Source: Carcharhinus amblyrhynchos (taxonomy: Eukaryota). From it: 64,000 bases of DNA. The stretch spans positions 42,532,001-42,596,000 of the forward strand of contig OZ336878.1 in the NCBI GenBank assembly GCA_965287045.1, written 5' to 3'. Shown one piece after another: positions 27,201-37,548 of this stretch. The position numbers and the translations under genes were made by a program. Each line of letters starts with the position of its first letter. Position 1 is the stretch's first letter. Below the pieces are notes generated by a model, which was not told the origin of the DNA, ran no database searches, and worked only from the letters and a program-made list of their open reading frames with translations.

Positions 27201-27340
27201 TCCCTTGCCAAACATAACATCCTTTGATTGGGATTATCAGTCTATGCTGTCAGTGTTGATTTGTGCTGATGGCAGCTTCAGCCATTTTCTCGGCTATTTT
27301 CAGTAGTAGTTCGCCACTGTCTTCCACTGTGGTGTTGGTT
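24290..27340 (-). mobile_element. RTE-clade LINE, near full-length and decayed (APE endonuclease plus RT)
   Basis: Minus-strand motifs in order: LRIGMWNV (about 27135), MIYSGGEE, FQLD.I (about 26570), SDHNLV (about 26490), V*QEYCLSSFLFNV.AE (about 25060), LADV for FADD (about 24940), AMEG..QGK (about 24460), MKRLAQDR (about 24360). Confidence 0.85.
25640..25850 (-). mobile_element. CR1 3' end nested in the RTE element
   Basis: ttaggagtaggccattcagc...ctgctctctggagaagaggattccatagac. Confidence 0.7.
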
Positions 27341-27371
27341 TAGTCATCAACAGCTTGACCATTGTAACAAG

Positions 27372-27762
27372 TTGTGCCAGACTACAATGGTACCAGTAAC
27401 AGACCTCGCACATTTGACAAAGTGCAGGAATTCACCAAGTCTTTTTAAACAGCACCTTCAAACTCATGACTGCTGCCATCTAGAAGGACAAGAACAGCAG
27501 ATATCTGGGAACACGATCACCTACAAGTTCCTCTTCAAGAGGCTCCCCATCCTGAGTTGGAAATATATCACTGTTTCTTCACCATCGCTGGGTCAAAATC
27601 CTGGAACTCCCTCCCTATCAGCACTGTGGATATACCCACATTGCCTGGAGTACAACAGTTCAAGAAGGCAGCACACCACCATCTTCTCATGGGTAATTAC
27701 AGATGGGCCACAAATGCAGGCCCAACCAGTGAAGTCCACATCCTTTGAATGTATGAAAAAAA
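27372..27762 (+). mobile_element. CR1-like family B 3' end
   Basis: gggtcaaaatcctggaactccctccct...cacatcctttgaatgtatgaaaaaa, homologous to 14930-15282. Confidence 0.8.
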
Positions 27763-27893
27763 GTATAATACCTAAAATGATGTATCCTATTCCACTCAAA
27801 AATATTTGTTTTCTATTAAAGTAGGAAAGAAACCTGCTGATTAAATTCATTAATGCTCCAACTACTATTATAATGTCTTTAAGGTCAAAAGTC

Positions 27894-28531
27894 ATAGCGA
27901 GGGGGATTGAATATAAAAGTAGGGAGGTCTTGCTGCAGCTGTATAGGGCATTGGTGAGGCCGCAGCTGGAGTACTGTGTGCAGTTTTGGGCGCCGCACCT
28001 GCGCAAGGATATTTTGGCCCTGGAGGGAGTGCAGAGGAGGTTTACTAGGCTGATACCGGAGTTGAGGGGATTGAGCTATGAGGAGAGGCTGAATAAACTG
28101 GGCTTGTACTCGTTAGAGTTTAGAAGAATGAGGGGAGATCTCATTGAGACGTATAAGATGATGAATGGGATGGATAGGATAGAGGTGGAGAGACTCTTCC
28201 CGCTCAAAAAAGACAGTAGGACTAGGGGGCACAGCCTCAAGATAAAGGGGAGGCGGTTTAGAACGGAGTTGAGGAGGAACTTCTTCACTCAAAGGGTGGT
28301 GAATCTCTGGAATTCTCTGCCCGTTGAAGTGGTGGAGGCTGCCTCGCTAAATATTTTTAAGAAGCGGGTTGATGGGTTCTTGATAAGAGAGGGGATTAAG
28401 GGTTATGGGGAGAGGGCGGGAAAGTGGAACTGAGCTACCACAGATCAGCCATGATCTTATTGAATGGCGGGGCAGGCTCGAAGGGCTAGATGGCCTACTC
28501 CTGCTCCTATTTCTTATGTTCTTATGTTCTT
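27894..28531 (+). mobile_element. Young 5'-truncated CR1 insertion with intact ORF2 C-terminus and 7-bp TSD
   Basis: Uninterrupted frame IARGIEYKSREVLLQLYRALVRPQLEYCVQFWAP...GYGERAGKWN; (TTCTTATG)n tail; AAAAGTC at 27887-27893 and 28532-28538. Confidence 0.93.
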
Positions 28532-28659
28532 AAAAGTCCATGATTCAGTTCTAACCAGCTTCAATTCACTTCTGGAATGGATAAGGGATTCCAAAATGTC
28601 ACAAATTCCCAACTACCTGTTCCCGTACTCATCAGTGACATTATGAAAAAATTTCCACC

Positions 28660-29120
28660 TAAAAGGTACAAATCAGGAGTGTGATGGAATACTCTCTACA
28701 TACTAGATGAATACAGCACAGATCCAAAAAAGCTCAAGAGGTTCGACCCCATCCAGCAACCTCAATCTTGAAGTCTTAATCATTCCACTATTGATGCACC
28801 ATAGTTGCAGTATGTGCATCTACAAATTGCACACCTTTCAAATCTGTGACCTCTATCACCTAGAAACATCAGAGCAGCAAATCCATGTGAACACCATCAC
28901 TTCCAAATTTCTCTCCAGGCCCCATACCATCTTAACTTGGAAATATGCGGCTGTTCCTTCATTGTCACTAAGTCAAAATCCTGAAACTGCCTACCCAACA
29001 GCATGGTAGGAATACTTCACCACAATATGACTCACCACCAACTGGTCAAGGACAATTAGTGATTGGCATACATGCTGGCCTTCCCAGTCATGCCCACATC
29101 CTGTGAGTGAATAAATCAGA
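28660..29120 (+). mobile_element. CR1-like family B 3' end
   Basis: tcaggagtgtgatggaatactctc...gcccacatcctgtgagtgaataaa. Confidence 0.78.
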
Positions 29121-29314
29121 AATAGTCATGTTCCATTGGCATGGACTAGCACAGATGTAAGGTAAATGTGCCTATTTCAGCAGCACTTCTATCATCACAA
29201 AGCCGTGCAGCATTCACTGCAACAGTGTCTATAACTTTGAATTCTCAGAAAACACAGCATATGATCCTCTACCACTGGTGAACTCTCAGTCACACTCACT
29301 GAAGCAAATGGATA

Positions 29315-29420
29315 ATGAAATAAAAACAGAAAATACAGAAAACACTAAGTCGATCAGCCAGCATCTGCAGACCTAAATAGAATTAATGTTTCAGGTCGCT
29401 GATCCATCATCAGAACTGGT
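29315..29420 (-). mobile_element. Penelope-like short repeat with hammerhead-like core
   Basis: Minus strand reads ttCTGATGAtggatcagcgacctGAAAcatta...cagatgctggctg...ttttctgtttttattt; related copies at 30195-30320 and 47745-47835. Confidence 0.5.
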
Positions 29421-29445
29421 GTCATCAGTTGTTGCATGCAGGTAT

Positions 29446-29581
29446 TGGCCGAATTCTCCAGTCTCTCATACCCCACTACTGTAGCCAGTGAGAACGGAGA
29501 ATTTGGCACTCAGCTAAATCTCCGTTCACACTAGCAGGACCGGATAATCTCAGCAGTGGGCAAGGTTGGAGAATTCTGGCC
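29446..29581. mobile_element. About 135-bp MITE
   Basis: TIR pair tggccgaattctcca / tggagaattctggcc. Confidence 0.65.
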
Positions 29582-30559
29582 AGTGAGTCTTCTGTATCAA
29601 ATACAGCTTTTCAGTTGGCTTTGCAACTACCCATCCATGCTATACCTTAAACCAGAGACAAACAAAGTAGTATAGCAAATGCTTGGGAAGCAAAGAAAAT
29701 GGCACAGCACAAAAGAAGGAAACAGATTAAGATGTCTAGAAGTAGCACACTCCAGTTCAATTAAATTAATTCACTTGTGATATGTCTTGCAGACTGTCAT
29801 TTCGTTATTGTGCAGAAGACAATGTCAGTTGACCAAATGCAAATCAAACCAAACATATGCAATGCATATGAAAAACTAAACGGCACAGGCAAATAATAAT
29901 AGTTCAGTAATCATAAGTACAGCCAAAAGAATATAATAGAGCTCAATTAATGTAATGCTCTCTGAAGGAATGAGACAATGAGACCTTTGTAAACCCGTCT
30001 GTCTCTGTCTTTCCCTGTGTCTGCAGTGACGATTCTGCTGCTGTATATCATCTTTTTAATAATTTTTTAGCTATTTTTGTCTAGGTAGGTTATGAAGCAT
30101 TTTCTATAGCAATATTGTGTAGCATCGGAACATAGAATAGTAGTGTACAGAAGGCTGCTATTTCACTAATGGAGTCTGCGCTTGTTCTTTTGAATATCTG
30201 ATAAAAAGTCATTGACTCTGTTTCTCTCTCTCCACAGATGCTGCCAGGCCTGTTGACTATTTGAATCATTTTCTGTTTTTATTTCAGATGTCTAGCATCT
30301 GCAATATTTGACATTTTGCACTGGTGATATGATTATGCCAATTACAAGAGATTAGATTCACAAATTAGCTTTTTAAATATGTTATGTTGCAGCCAACAAC
30401 CAGGTGGCATTCTCACCTACCTCAGTTCAAATCAGAATCTTGGTGTAATCTGTGGCCTGTTTTTACACATCACAGAACAAAAATGGAAATGTCTATACAC
30501 TGACAGGATTAAATCTTCTATCCTTTCACACCTTCTTTGTTTTGTAGAAAATAGTAGTT

Positions 30560-31830
30560 GAAGACCAAGATGATTAAGGTGCGTGGCATCCTTGAAAGTG
30601 GATAAATCATTAGGCCTGGATGACATGTATTTCAGGTTGCTAAGGACATAGTGGAGATTTTGACTGGCACTTTCCAAACTGCTCTGACGCCTGGAGTGAT
30701 GCCAGAGAACTGGAGGAGTGCTAACACTGTACTATTCTTTTTAAAAGCAAGGAAGGGCTAGCCAGAGAAATTACAGGCCAGCTAAACTAACCTTGGTATT
30801 TATTGAAAAAAAATTCTGAGAGAGAGCAAAATAGTCCTTTAGATGGTACAGATTAAGCAAGGTTAGTCAGATTGAATTTGTTATGTTATTTTTAAAATTC
30901 ATTTATGGGATATGAGCATTGGTGGCAAGACCAGCATTGGGTGCCCATCCCTAATTGCTCGAGTGGCTTCCTAGGCCATTTACAAGTCAACCACATTGCT
31001 CTGGGTCTGGGGACACATGTAGGCCAGACCAGGTAAAGACAGCAGATTTCCTTCCCTGAAGGGTATTCGTGAACCAGATGGGATTTTAATGACAATCGAC
31101 AAGGTTTCATGGTCATCATTACTCTTTTAATTCCAGATTTTACACGATAAATGGGAGAATTCTGAGAGGTGTGGCGGAACAACAGGACCTGGAAAGTTTG
31201 TTTACAAATTCCCGATGGTAGCAGGACAGGTAAAGTGCTTAAGGAGGTATACAAGATAATTTCCCTTTTTAACCATGGTCTAGAGAAGAGGAAGGAGATT
31301 ATGCTGGAACTGTATAGACTGCAGGTATAGTGTTCACAGTTCAGGTACTCACAGTGCAGGAAGGATGTGGTTGCACAAGTGAGTACAGAAGAGATTTAAA
31401 AAGATGTTGCCATAATTCGATGATTGTATAATGGAGACCTTTAGCAATGAGGTAAGATTCAATATGCTGTGCTTGTTTTCTTTGGAATGGAGGAGGCCCA
31501 AGGGGACATTTAATTAACGTGTATACATTTATGAGGGACCTAAATGGAGTGGATAAGAAGGACCTATTTCCAATAGCAGAGATCAATATTTAAAATAATA
31601 TTTAGAAGGATTAGAGGAGAGTTGAGGAGTTTTTTTTTTAAACGTGCTGCAGATCTGGAACTCATTGCCTGAAAGAGTGGTAGGAGCAGAATCCCTTCGT
31701 TCCATTTAAATATGACTTGGTTATGCACTCGCTGTGTCATTACCTACAGGGTTATTAATCAAGACCTGAGATGTGGGAAAAGGCTGGGTAGCTTTTTTTC
31801 AGCTGGCATGGACATGTTCTGTGCTGTAAA
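30560..31830 (+). mobile_element. Fragmented CR1 ORF2 with a nested minus-strand repeat at about 30895-31140
   Basis: KVDKS.GPD, PENWR.AN and NYRP motifs at the 5' side; C-terminal WNSLP motif at the 3' side. Confidence 0.75.
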
Positions 31831-32699
31831 TGCTTTTTGTTTCCATGGTGCTAACATACCATTCTTCTTCTGCTTTTTTCATGAGATCTGTGTGTTGTCT
31901 TCAAATAATGGGAACCGACCATTCAGGAAACAGGTCTAATTAATTGTATTATTTTCATATGTTTCCAGCATTACAGTTAGCAGTTTGATTGCTGAAATTA
32001 CAAGCAAATTTTGTATTTGGCCGTGGAGTATGTAGGTTTTGTAATAATGAAGTAAAGAACACAAAGTTCAAGTTGCAGATCTTCTTCAAGGTTCCTCATT
32101 CAGAGCATTCCATCAAGAATCCCTTCTGAACTCAGAAAACCTGACAATACTGCATTGACTGGCCAGTCATTTCCCTGACTGGGAGAAGCTATGAAGAAAG
32201 TTTTAACGACTTGACAAAGTGCTTGAAGATATACTAATTAATAACATGCTGTCTCAATAGGAGTATAGGAGATATATTTGCACTGTTCTTTTAGCTTTTT
32301 TTTAAGTAAACTTAAATTTAAGTAAAATTAATTGAATAGAAAACTGGGCCAGGTGCAACACAAGCTGTTGATTCACTATTGGTCATATTGTGCTATTGTC
32401 CAAGACAAATTTACATTTAGCAATAATAACTGGTAACTACGATACAAGACATCAACAGCAATTTGCTTTCCATCTCTCTCCGCACATTTTGCTTTTCCAA
32501 CCAAACTTTCTCTTGCGCTTTCCCAAGGTGTGAAAAACCATAGCACTGTCTCCCACAAACCATTCTCTGGAATCATTACATCCGTTAAAACACTGTACCT
32601 GACAATTAGAGAAAAGTCAAAGCTCCAATACATTATTGACTTCTGTAATGGTCTCTTTGGCAGCAATGGTTTGAATGTTGCTAATGACTCCTGTGCATA

Positions 32700-33445
32700 A
32701 TAGCCTTCATAGTCTTCTGCTTCCCTCAATTGCTCCTTTTGATGAGCTCCATTATCTATGGTAGCATTGTGTAGCATGTGGCACAATGTCACAATGTTGC
32801 CCGTCATCTCCATGGAACACTGTAAGGATCTCCTGATGCATGCAAGCATCTGAACCATTATTTAACTTCTCAAACCCACTCTCTGCAAGGGTCCTCATCT
32901 GTGAATGCGTACTGCTGAATCTAACCTCTGCTGGGTTTTGGAGTTTTGGAGTTTATGCATTAGGCATTCTTCATAACACAGCTTGCAGTTATGAGCAACT
33001 ATCAATCTTCCTTTCCTTCGTCTTTAAAGAGTTGTCTAACATTGAATTGCTTCAGAATGAAAACATTATGTGTATTCCCAAGGAAGTGTACATTAACATG
33101 CAAAACTTTCTGGCAGTAGTAATAAACTATTTGCATGTTCCTGGAATGATATTTCTTTGGATTTATGGATGCCAAGGAATTGTTGGCAGTGCTCAGATGG
33201 CTATATGCATACAGTCAATGATGCTCTGTAACTCAGGAAAGTGAGCCACGTGTGAAAACTGTACCCTCTCTCTTCCTACAGGTTCATTCTGATGTGTACA
33301 TTGGTGAGTCTGTGGAGAAACAGAGTTTTAATTGTGCTCTCTTTGTGGCAGTGAACATCAATGTAATTGATTCCACTGATATTCCCCAAAACATAAGATT
33401 AAGGGCAATAGGGACATTCACAATTGGCAGGAGACTATGGACCAG
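32700..33445 (-). pseudogene. Decayed PIF/Harbinger (HARBI1-like) DDE transposase
   Basis: FPELQSIIDCMHIAI*A at 33240-33190 corresponds to the FP.V.GAIDCTHI.I.AP motif; C-terminal SLQCS...IVTLCHMLHN in ORF 32376..32858. Confidence 0.75.
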
Positions 33446-33652
33446 ATAGTATCCTAAAAATAAGAGCTTCTTTACCGAGTCTCAGCGTTTTATCATACTG
33501 TTCCTGCTGTAGAGTTCAAATATCCACACCTGCTGTGGTTGATTCATTCTCTAGATAGTTTCTCGTTAGTTGTACATCATTCTTGGACTCTATATTCCTA
33601 TGTTAAGTTCTCCTCTGATTCTGGTTTCATTATGCATTAACTGGCAACGGTT

Positions 33653-33966
33653 TCATAGAAGCCCTACAGTACAAAAAGGAGTCCATTTGGCCCATCGAAT
33701 CTGTACCGACCACAATCCCACCCAGGCCCTATTTCCATAACCCACATATTTATCCTGCTAATCCCCCGACACAAAGGTCAATTTATCATGACCAATCAAC
33801 TCAATCTGCACACCTTTGGACTGTGGAAGGAAACCGGACCACCCAGAGGAAACCCACGCAGACACAGGGAGAACATGCAAACTCCACACAGATAGTGACC
33901 AAGGCCGGAATCGAACCTGAGTCCCTGTCGCTATGAGGCAGCAGTGCTAACCACTGTGCCACCGTG
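33653..33966 (-). mobile_element. HE1/V-SINE-like SINE, tail A
   Basis: Full head, V-domain and ...ctgtagggcttctatga tail. Confidence 0.87.
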
Positions 33967-34173
33967 GTGAATACCGCGGGATGAATATCCTCACAACTCT
34001 GATCACCTGTCAGTGAAATTATGAAATATTTCCTCTTCGTTTATGAACTAATGTATAGGTATAACAGTGATTAGTGAACCCAATCATTGTGCTACCCCTG
34101 AAGAAAGTAAAAACACATAGCCAGGATTCTGATCAGAGATCAGGCAGCAAGCCAGAGTTTCTGATTAGACATT

Positions 34174-34300
34174 GGGTGGAATTTTCTGGTCCTGCTCACC
34201 ACGGGATCAGTAGTGGGAAGGACACGGGATATGTAAAGGTCTGTTTGACTTCAGGCAGAATTTTCCAGCTTGGGGTGAGTGCGACCGGAAAATCCCGCCC
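34174..34300. mobile_element. About 127-bp MITE
   Basis: TIR pair gggtggaattttctggtc / gaccggaaaatcccgccc; flanks att and act. Confidence 0.75.
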
Positions 34301-35544
34301 ACTGCTTGGAAATTTGGTACGTGACATCAAAAGCTATTTTTCCCCTTATCTGATTTTCTGAGGGAGGCGTGTAAATTACTGCAAAATGGTATGGTTCCAC
34401 TGTAACCCAATTCCCCTTCATTTCTGCCCATTTCACACTGTTTGCTCTACCTGCCCTGCAACTGGTGTTCAAAGTTGTTGAGCTGCAAATGCTCATCATT
34501 ATAAAGAGGTTAAGAGCGAGATTGGAAATTATGCACAGTGACCATTTTTTTAAAAATCACATTCTTTTCCCCCTCTGCTTTAACTGAGGCCTTTTCAGAG
34601 TCTTTGCTATGGTTGCTATGGTGCTGTCTGAAAACTCCATGAGATCTCTGCATTTTTTAAAAAGAGGAGAAATAAGCATGGATGCAAGGGATATCTGGCT
34701 ATACATTAGTCATCTGGAACACCTTGACATAAGAATCAGGCAGAGGTGTATATACTTGTTCCAGCAGCAGTGCTTGCAGAAGCTTCAGTCTGCCAGGAAA
34801 GCTATTGTGGAGTTATACTATATCTTTTATTCTATTTTAAATTTATATCCAATCAAAAATCAAATTGGTCCAATCAAAGTCCCTACAAGAGAGACATTAC
34901 CGATCCAAGCTGACAAGACAGGCCCCACCTTTCCTGTCTTGGGCTTGATCAACACGATCCAAGCTGATAGGAACAGGCATTACACCCCCTCCAGTGTTTG
35001 ATCTGAGCTTCATCTTATTCTATATGCTGAAAGCACACCTGTAGCCATAGCGAAAACTGTACTCAATTTAAGAGCATTGAAGAATACTTCAAACATCTGC
35101 CAGGAACACTGCAAATATCAACCAATCAACATTGTAGAGATGGGTGAAGTAGGTCACTGACACTATTTATGTGAGCATCAGATTTCAACATCTTCCCACG
35201 GACACCTACAGCACTTCAAGACAGCGTGGCGATTTTAAAGTGGCAGGATTTTCAAAGTACAAAACATTATTGATTACAAACATGTGGTCTAAATATTCCA
35301 TTACATAATGTCACTTGTCATACCTGTGCAGGCATGAGGATTACACATTTTAAAAAATTGTATTTTAAGATTACAGAGGCGATTCTCCGGCCCTGCGCAG
35401 ATCATGCTGGGCCTAGAAAATCATGGGGGCAGGGCCATAGTATGTGTAGCGTCGGCAAGAATCCCCTTTGGGATTCTCCCCACTGCCCCGAGATTTGATG
35501 TAATCTGATTTCCACACTGTGAGGCGTTTGAAGCACAGTGTGAA

Positions 35545-35720
35545 AGCACAGTCTCACAACACCAGGTTAGAGTCCAACCAGTTTATTTGATAATAATCTC
35601 ACAAGCTTTCGGAAACAGTGTTCCTTTGTCAGGTGTGTGGAAGGTTCTGATCAGAGAAGGGCATATAAAGTCACACACAGTTTACAGAATACTGATTAGA
35701 ATGCAGCTAACCTGCAGTAC
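35545..35720 (-). mobile_element. Penelope-like terminal-repeat fragment with decayed hammerhead core
   Basis: Minus strand reads cCTGACAAaggaacactgtttccGAAAgctt; homologous to 2505-2635. Confidence 0.55.
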
Positions 35721-35734
35721 AGAGAAGGTTCACT

Positions 35735-36535
35735 CAATACAGTTTGGGTCTGTATCCATTAAAGTTTAGAAGAATAAGAGGTTATCTTATCGAAACATAA
35801 GATTTTGAGGGAACTCAAGGGGCTGAATGGCTTACTCCTGCTTCTAGTTTCACTGTTTCTATGACTTGACCAGGTGGATGTGGGGAGAATGTTTCCCCTT
35901 GTGGGAGAGACTAGAACTAGGTAATGCAGTTTGAAAATAAGGGGTCTCCCATTTAAAGTTTGTTTTAATGTTTAAAGTTTTTAAAGTTTATTTATTAGTG
36001 TCACAAGCGGGCTTATTTAAAACTGCAATGAAGTCACTGTGAAAATCCCCTAGTCACCACACTCCAGCACCTGTTCAGGTACACTGAGGGAGAATTCAGC
36101 ATGGCCAATGCACCTAACCAGCATGTCTTTCAGACGGTGGGAGGAAACTAGAGCACCCGGAGGAAACCCATGCAGACACAGGGAAAACGTGCAGACTCTG
36201 CACAGATAGTGGCCCAAGCTGGAAACTGAACCTGGGTGCTTGGCGCTGTGAAGCTGCAGTGCTAACTACTGTGCCACCATGCTGTCTTAAGACAGAGATG
36301 AGGAGAAATATTTTTTCTCAGAGGTTTAAGGGTCTGTTGAACTCTTTCTCAGAGAGCAGCAGAGGCAGAGTCATTGAATAGTTTTATGGATGAATTAGAT
36401 GGATTCTTGATTAATAAGGGAGGGGTCAAAGGTTATGCGGAGAAGGAAGGAAAGTAGGGTTGAGGCCACAATCAGATCAGCCATAGCTTGAGGGACTGAA
36501 AGGCCACTTCCACTCCGATTTCTAATGTTCCTATC
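35735..36535 (+). mobile_element. CR1 3' end split by a SINE insertion
   Basis: aagtttagaagaataagaggttatcttatcgaaac...gggtctcccattta / agacagagatgaggagaaat...aatcagatcagccat. Confidence 0.8.
35955..36286 (-). mobile_element. HE1/V-SINE-like SINE, tail B, nested in CR1
   Basis: (tttaaag)-like terminal repeats followed by tttatttattagtgtcacaag; full head. Confidence 0.87.
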
Positions 36536-36910
36536 TTTGTTACACTTTTTTATGTCAACTTGCTCTGTTATAAATTCTTAGGCCCACATATGTAATAGGA
36601 ACTGTCCTATAAATTTTTCATGATCCAATTTCAGTTTCCGCTGGTGGTGGTTCTATATTTCTATTGCCTAACTTACTCCCTCTGCCGGGACAGCAGAAAA
36701 GAAATCCTATGCTCCAACCAACACTATTTCTTTGTTTCTCCAAATTGCCCGATTATTTGCTATTTCCATATAAATCCCTGCTTTCCCTGAAGCCTACACT
36801 CCTTGCCTCACTGTGAGAATTGCCATGGGAGATTAACTAACAATATTACAATAAGGCTGGCCCTGGAAGCTCTGGTGGGATACATGTCTTGTACGTTGGG
36901 CTGAAATAAT

Positions 36911-37046
36911 GGGTGGAATCTTCTGGTCGTGCCCACTCCAAGACCAGAAATTCCCGCTCGAGTTCAATGGACCTTTAAGTGGTCATCAAACTTTATGCCC
37001 TGCCCGGTATGATTCCCGCAGTGAGCAGAACTGGAAAATCTACCCC
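36911..37046. mobile_element. About 135-bp MITE (same family as 34174, opposite orientation)
   Basis: TIR pair gggtggaatcttctgg / ctggaaaatctacccc; internal tggacctttaa is the reverse complement counterpart of taaaggtc. Confidence 0.72.
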
Positions 37047-37059
37047 ACTGATGAGTAAA

Positions 37060-37285
37060 TACTCTACCATTGACGGCTGTGCCTTTCATTACCTTGGCTC
37101 TAATCACTGCAATACCTCCTCTACACTTCTCTACCTCGTTTTCCTCCTTTAAGACACTCCTCAAGTCCTACCATTTTGATCAAGCTTTTGTTCATCTGAC
37201 CTAATATTTAGTTTTATTAAGTTCCTTTGAAGTGCCTTGGAATATTTCATTACATTAAAGACACTATATTAATGGTAGTTGTTGT
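37060..37285 (+). mobile_element. L2-like 3' end
   Basis: ctcctttaagacactcctcaagtcctacc...tgaagtgccttggaatatttcattacattaaagacactat. Confidence 0.7.
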
Positions 37286-37420
37286 AAAATGAGAAAAGAG
37301 GCTAGCAAGGTCATTATCACTTCACTTCAATTGTTTTTTTTAAAGAGAAGCTCCAGAAATAATATAATTTTAAAATCAACTATCTGGCTCCATCTGCTTT
37401 TTGTTGTGCCTGGAAACTGA

Positions 37421-37548
37421 GGATGGAATTTTCCTGTCCTGCCCACCAGGGGAATTGTAGCGGGTGGGACACAGACCATGTAAAAGGTCCGTTGGCCTCA
37501 GGTGGGATTTTCTGCCCTTGGAGCAAATGTGGCCAGAAAATCCTGTCC
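37421..37548. mobile_element. About 128-bp MITE
   Basis: TIR pair ggatggaattttc / gaaaatcctgtcc; flanks tga and cga, consistent with a 3-bp TSD after CpG decay. Confidence 0.75.

Noticed and set aside
27873-28433. Intact 186-aa ORF as a host gene
   Set aside because: It is the C-terminus of CR1 ORF2. The Met comes from flanking DNA, and the element has a LINE tail and TSD.
34900-34995. Partial direct repeat cgatccaagctga x2
   Set aside because: There are only two short diverged units; likely a local duplication or repeat fragment with no further structure.
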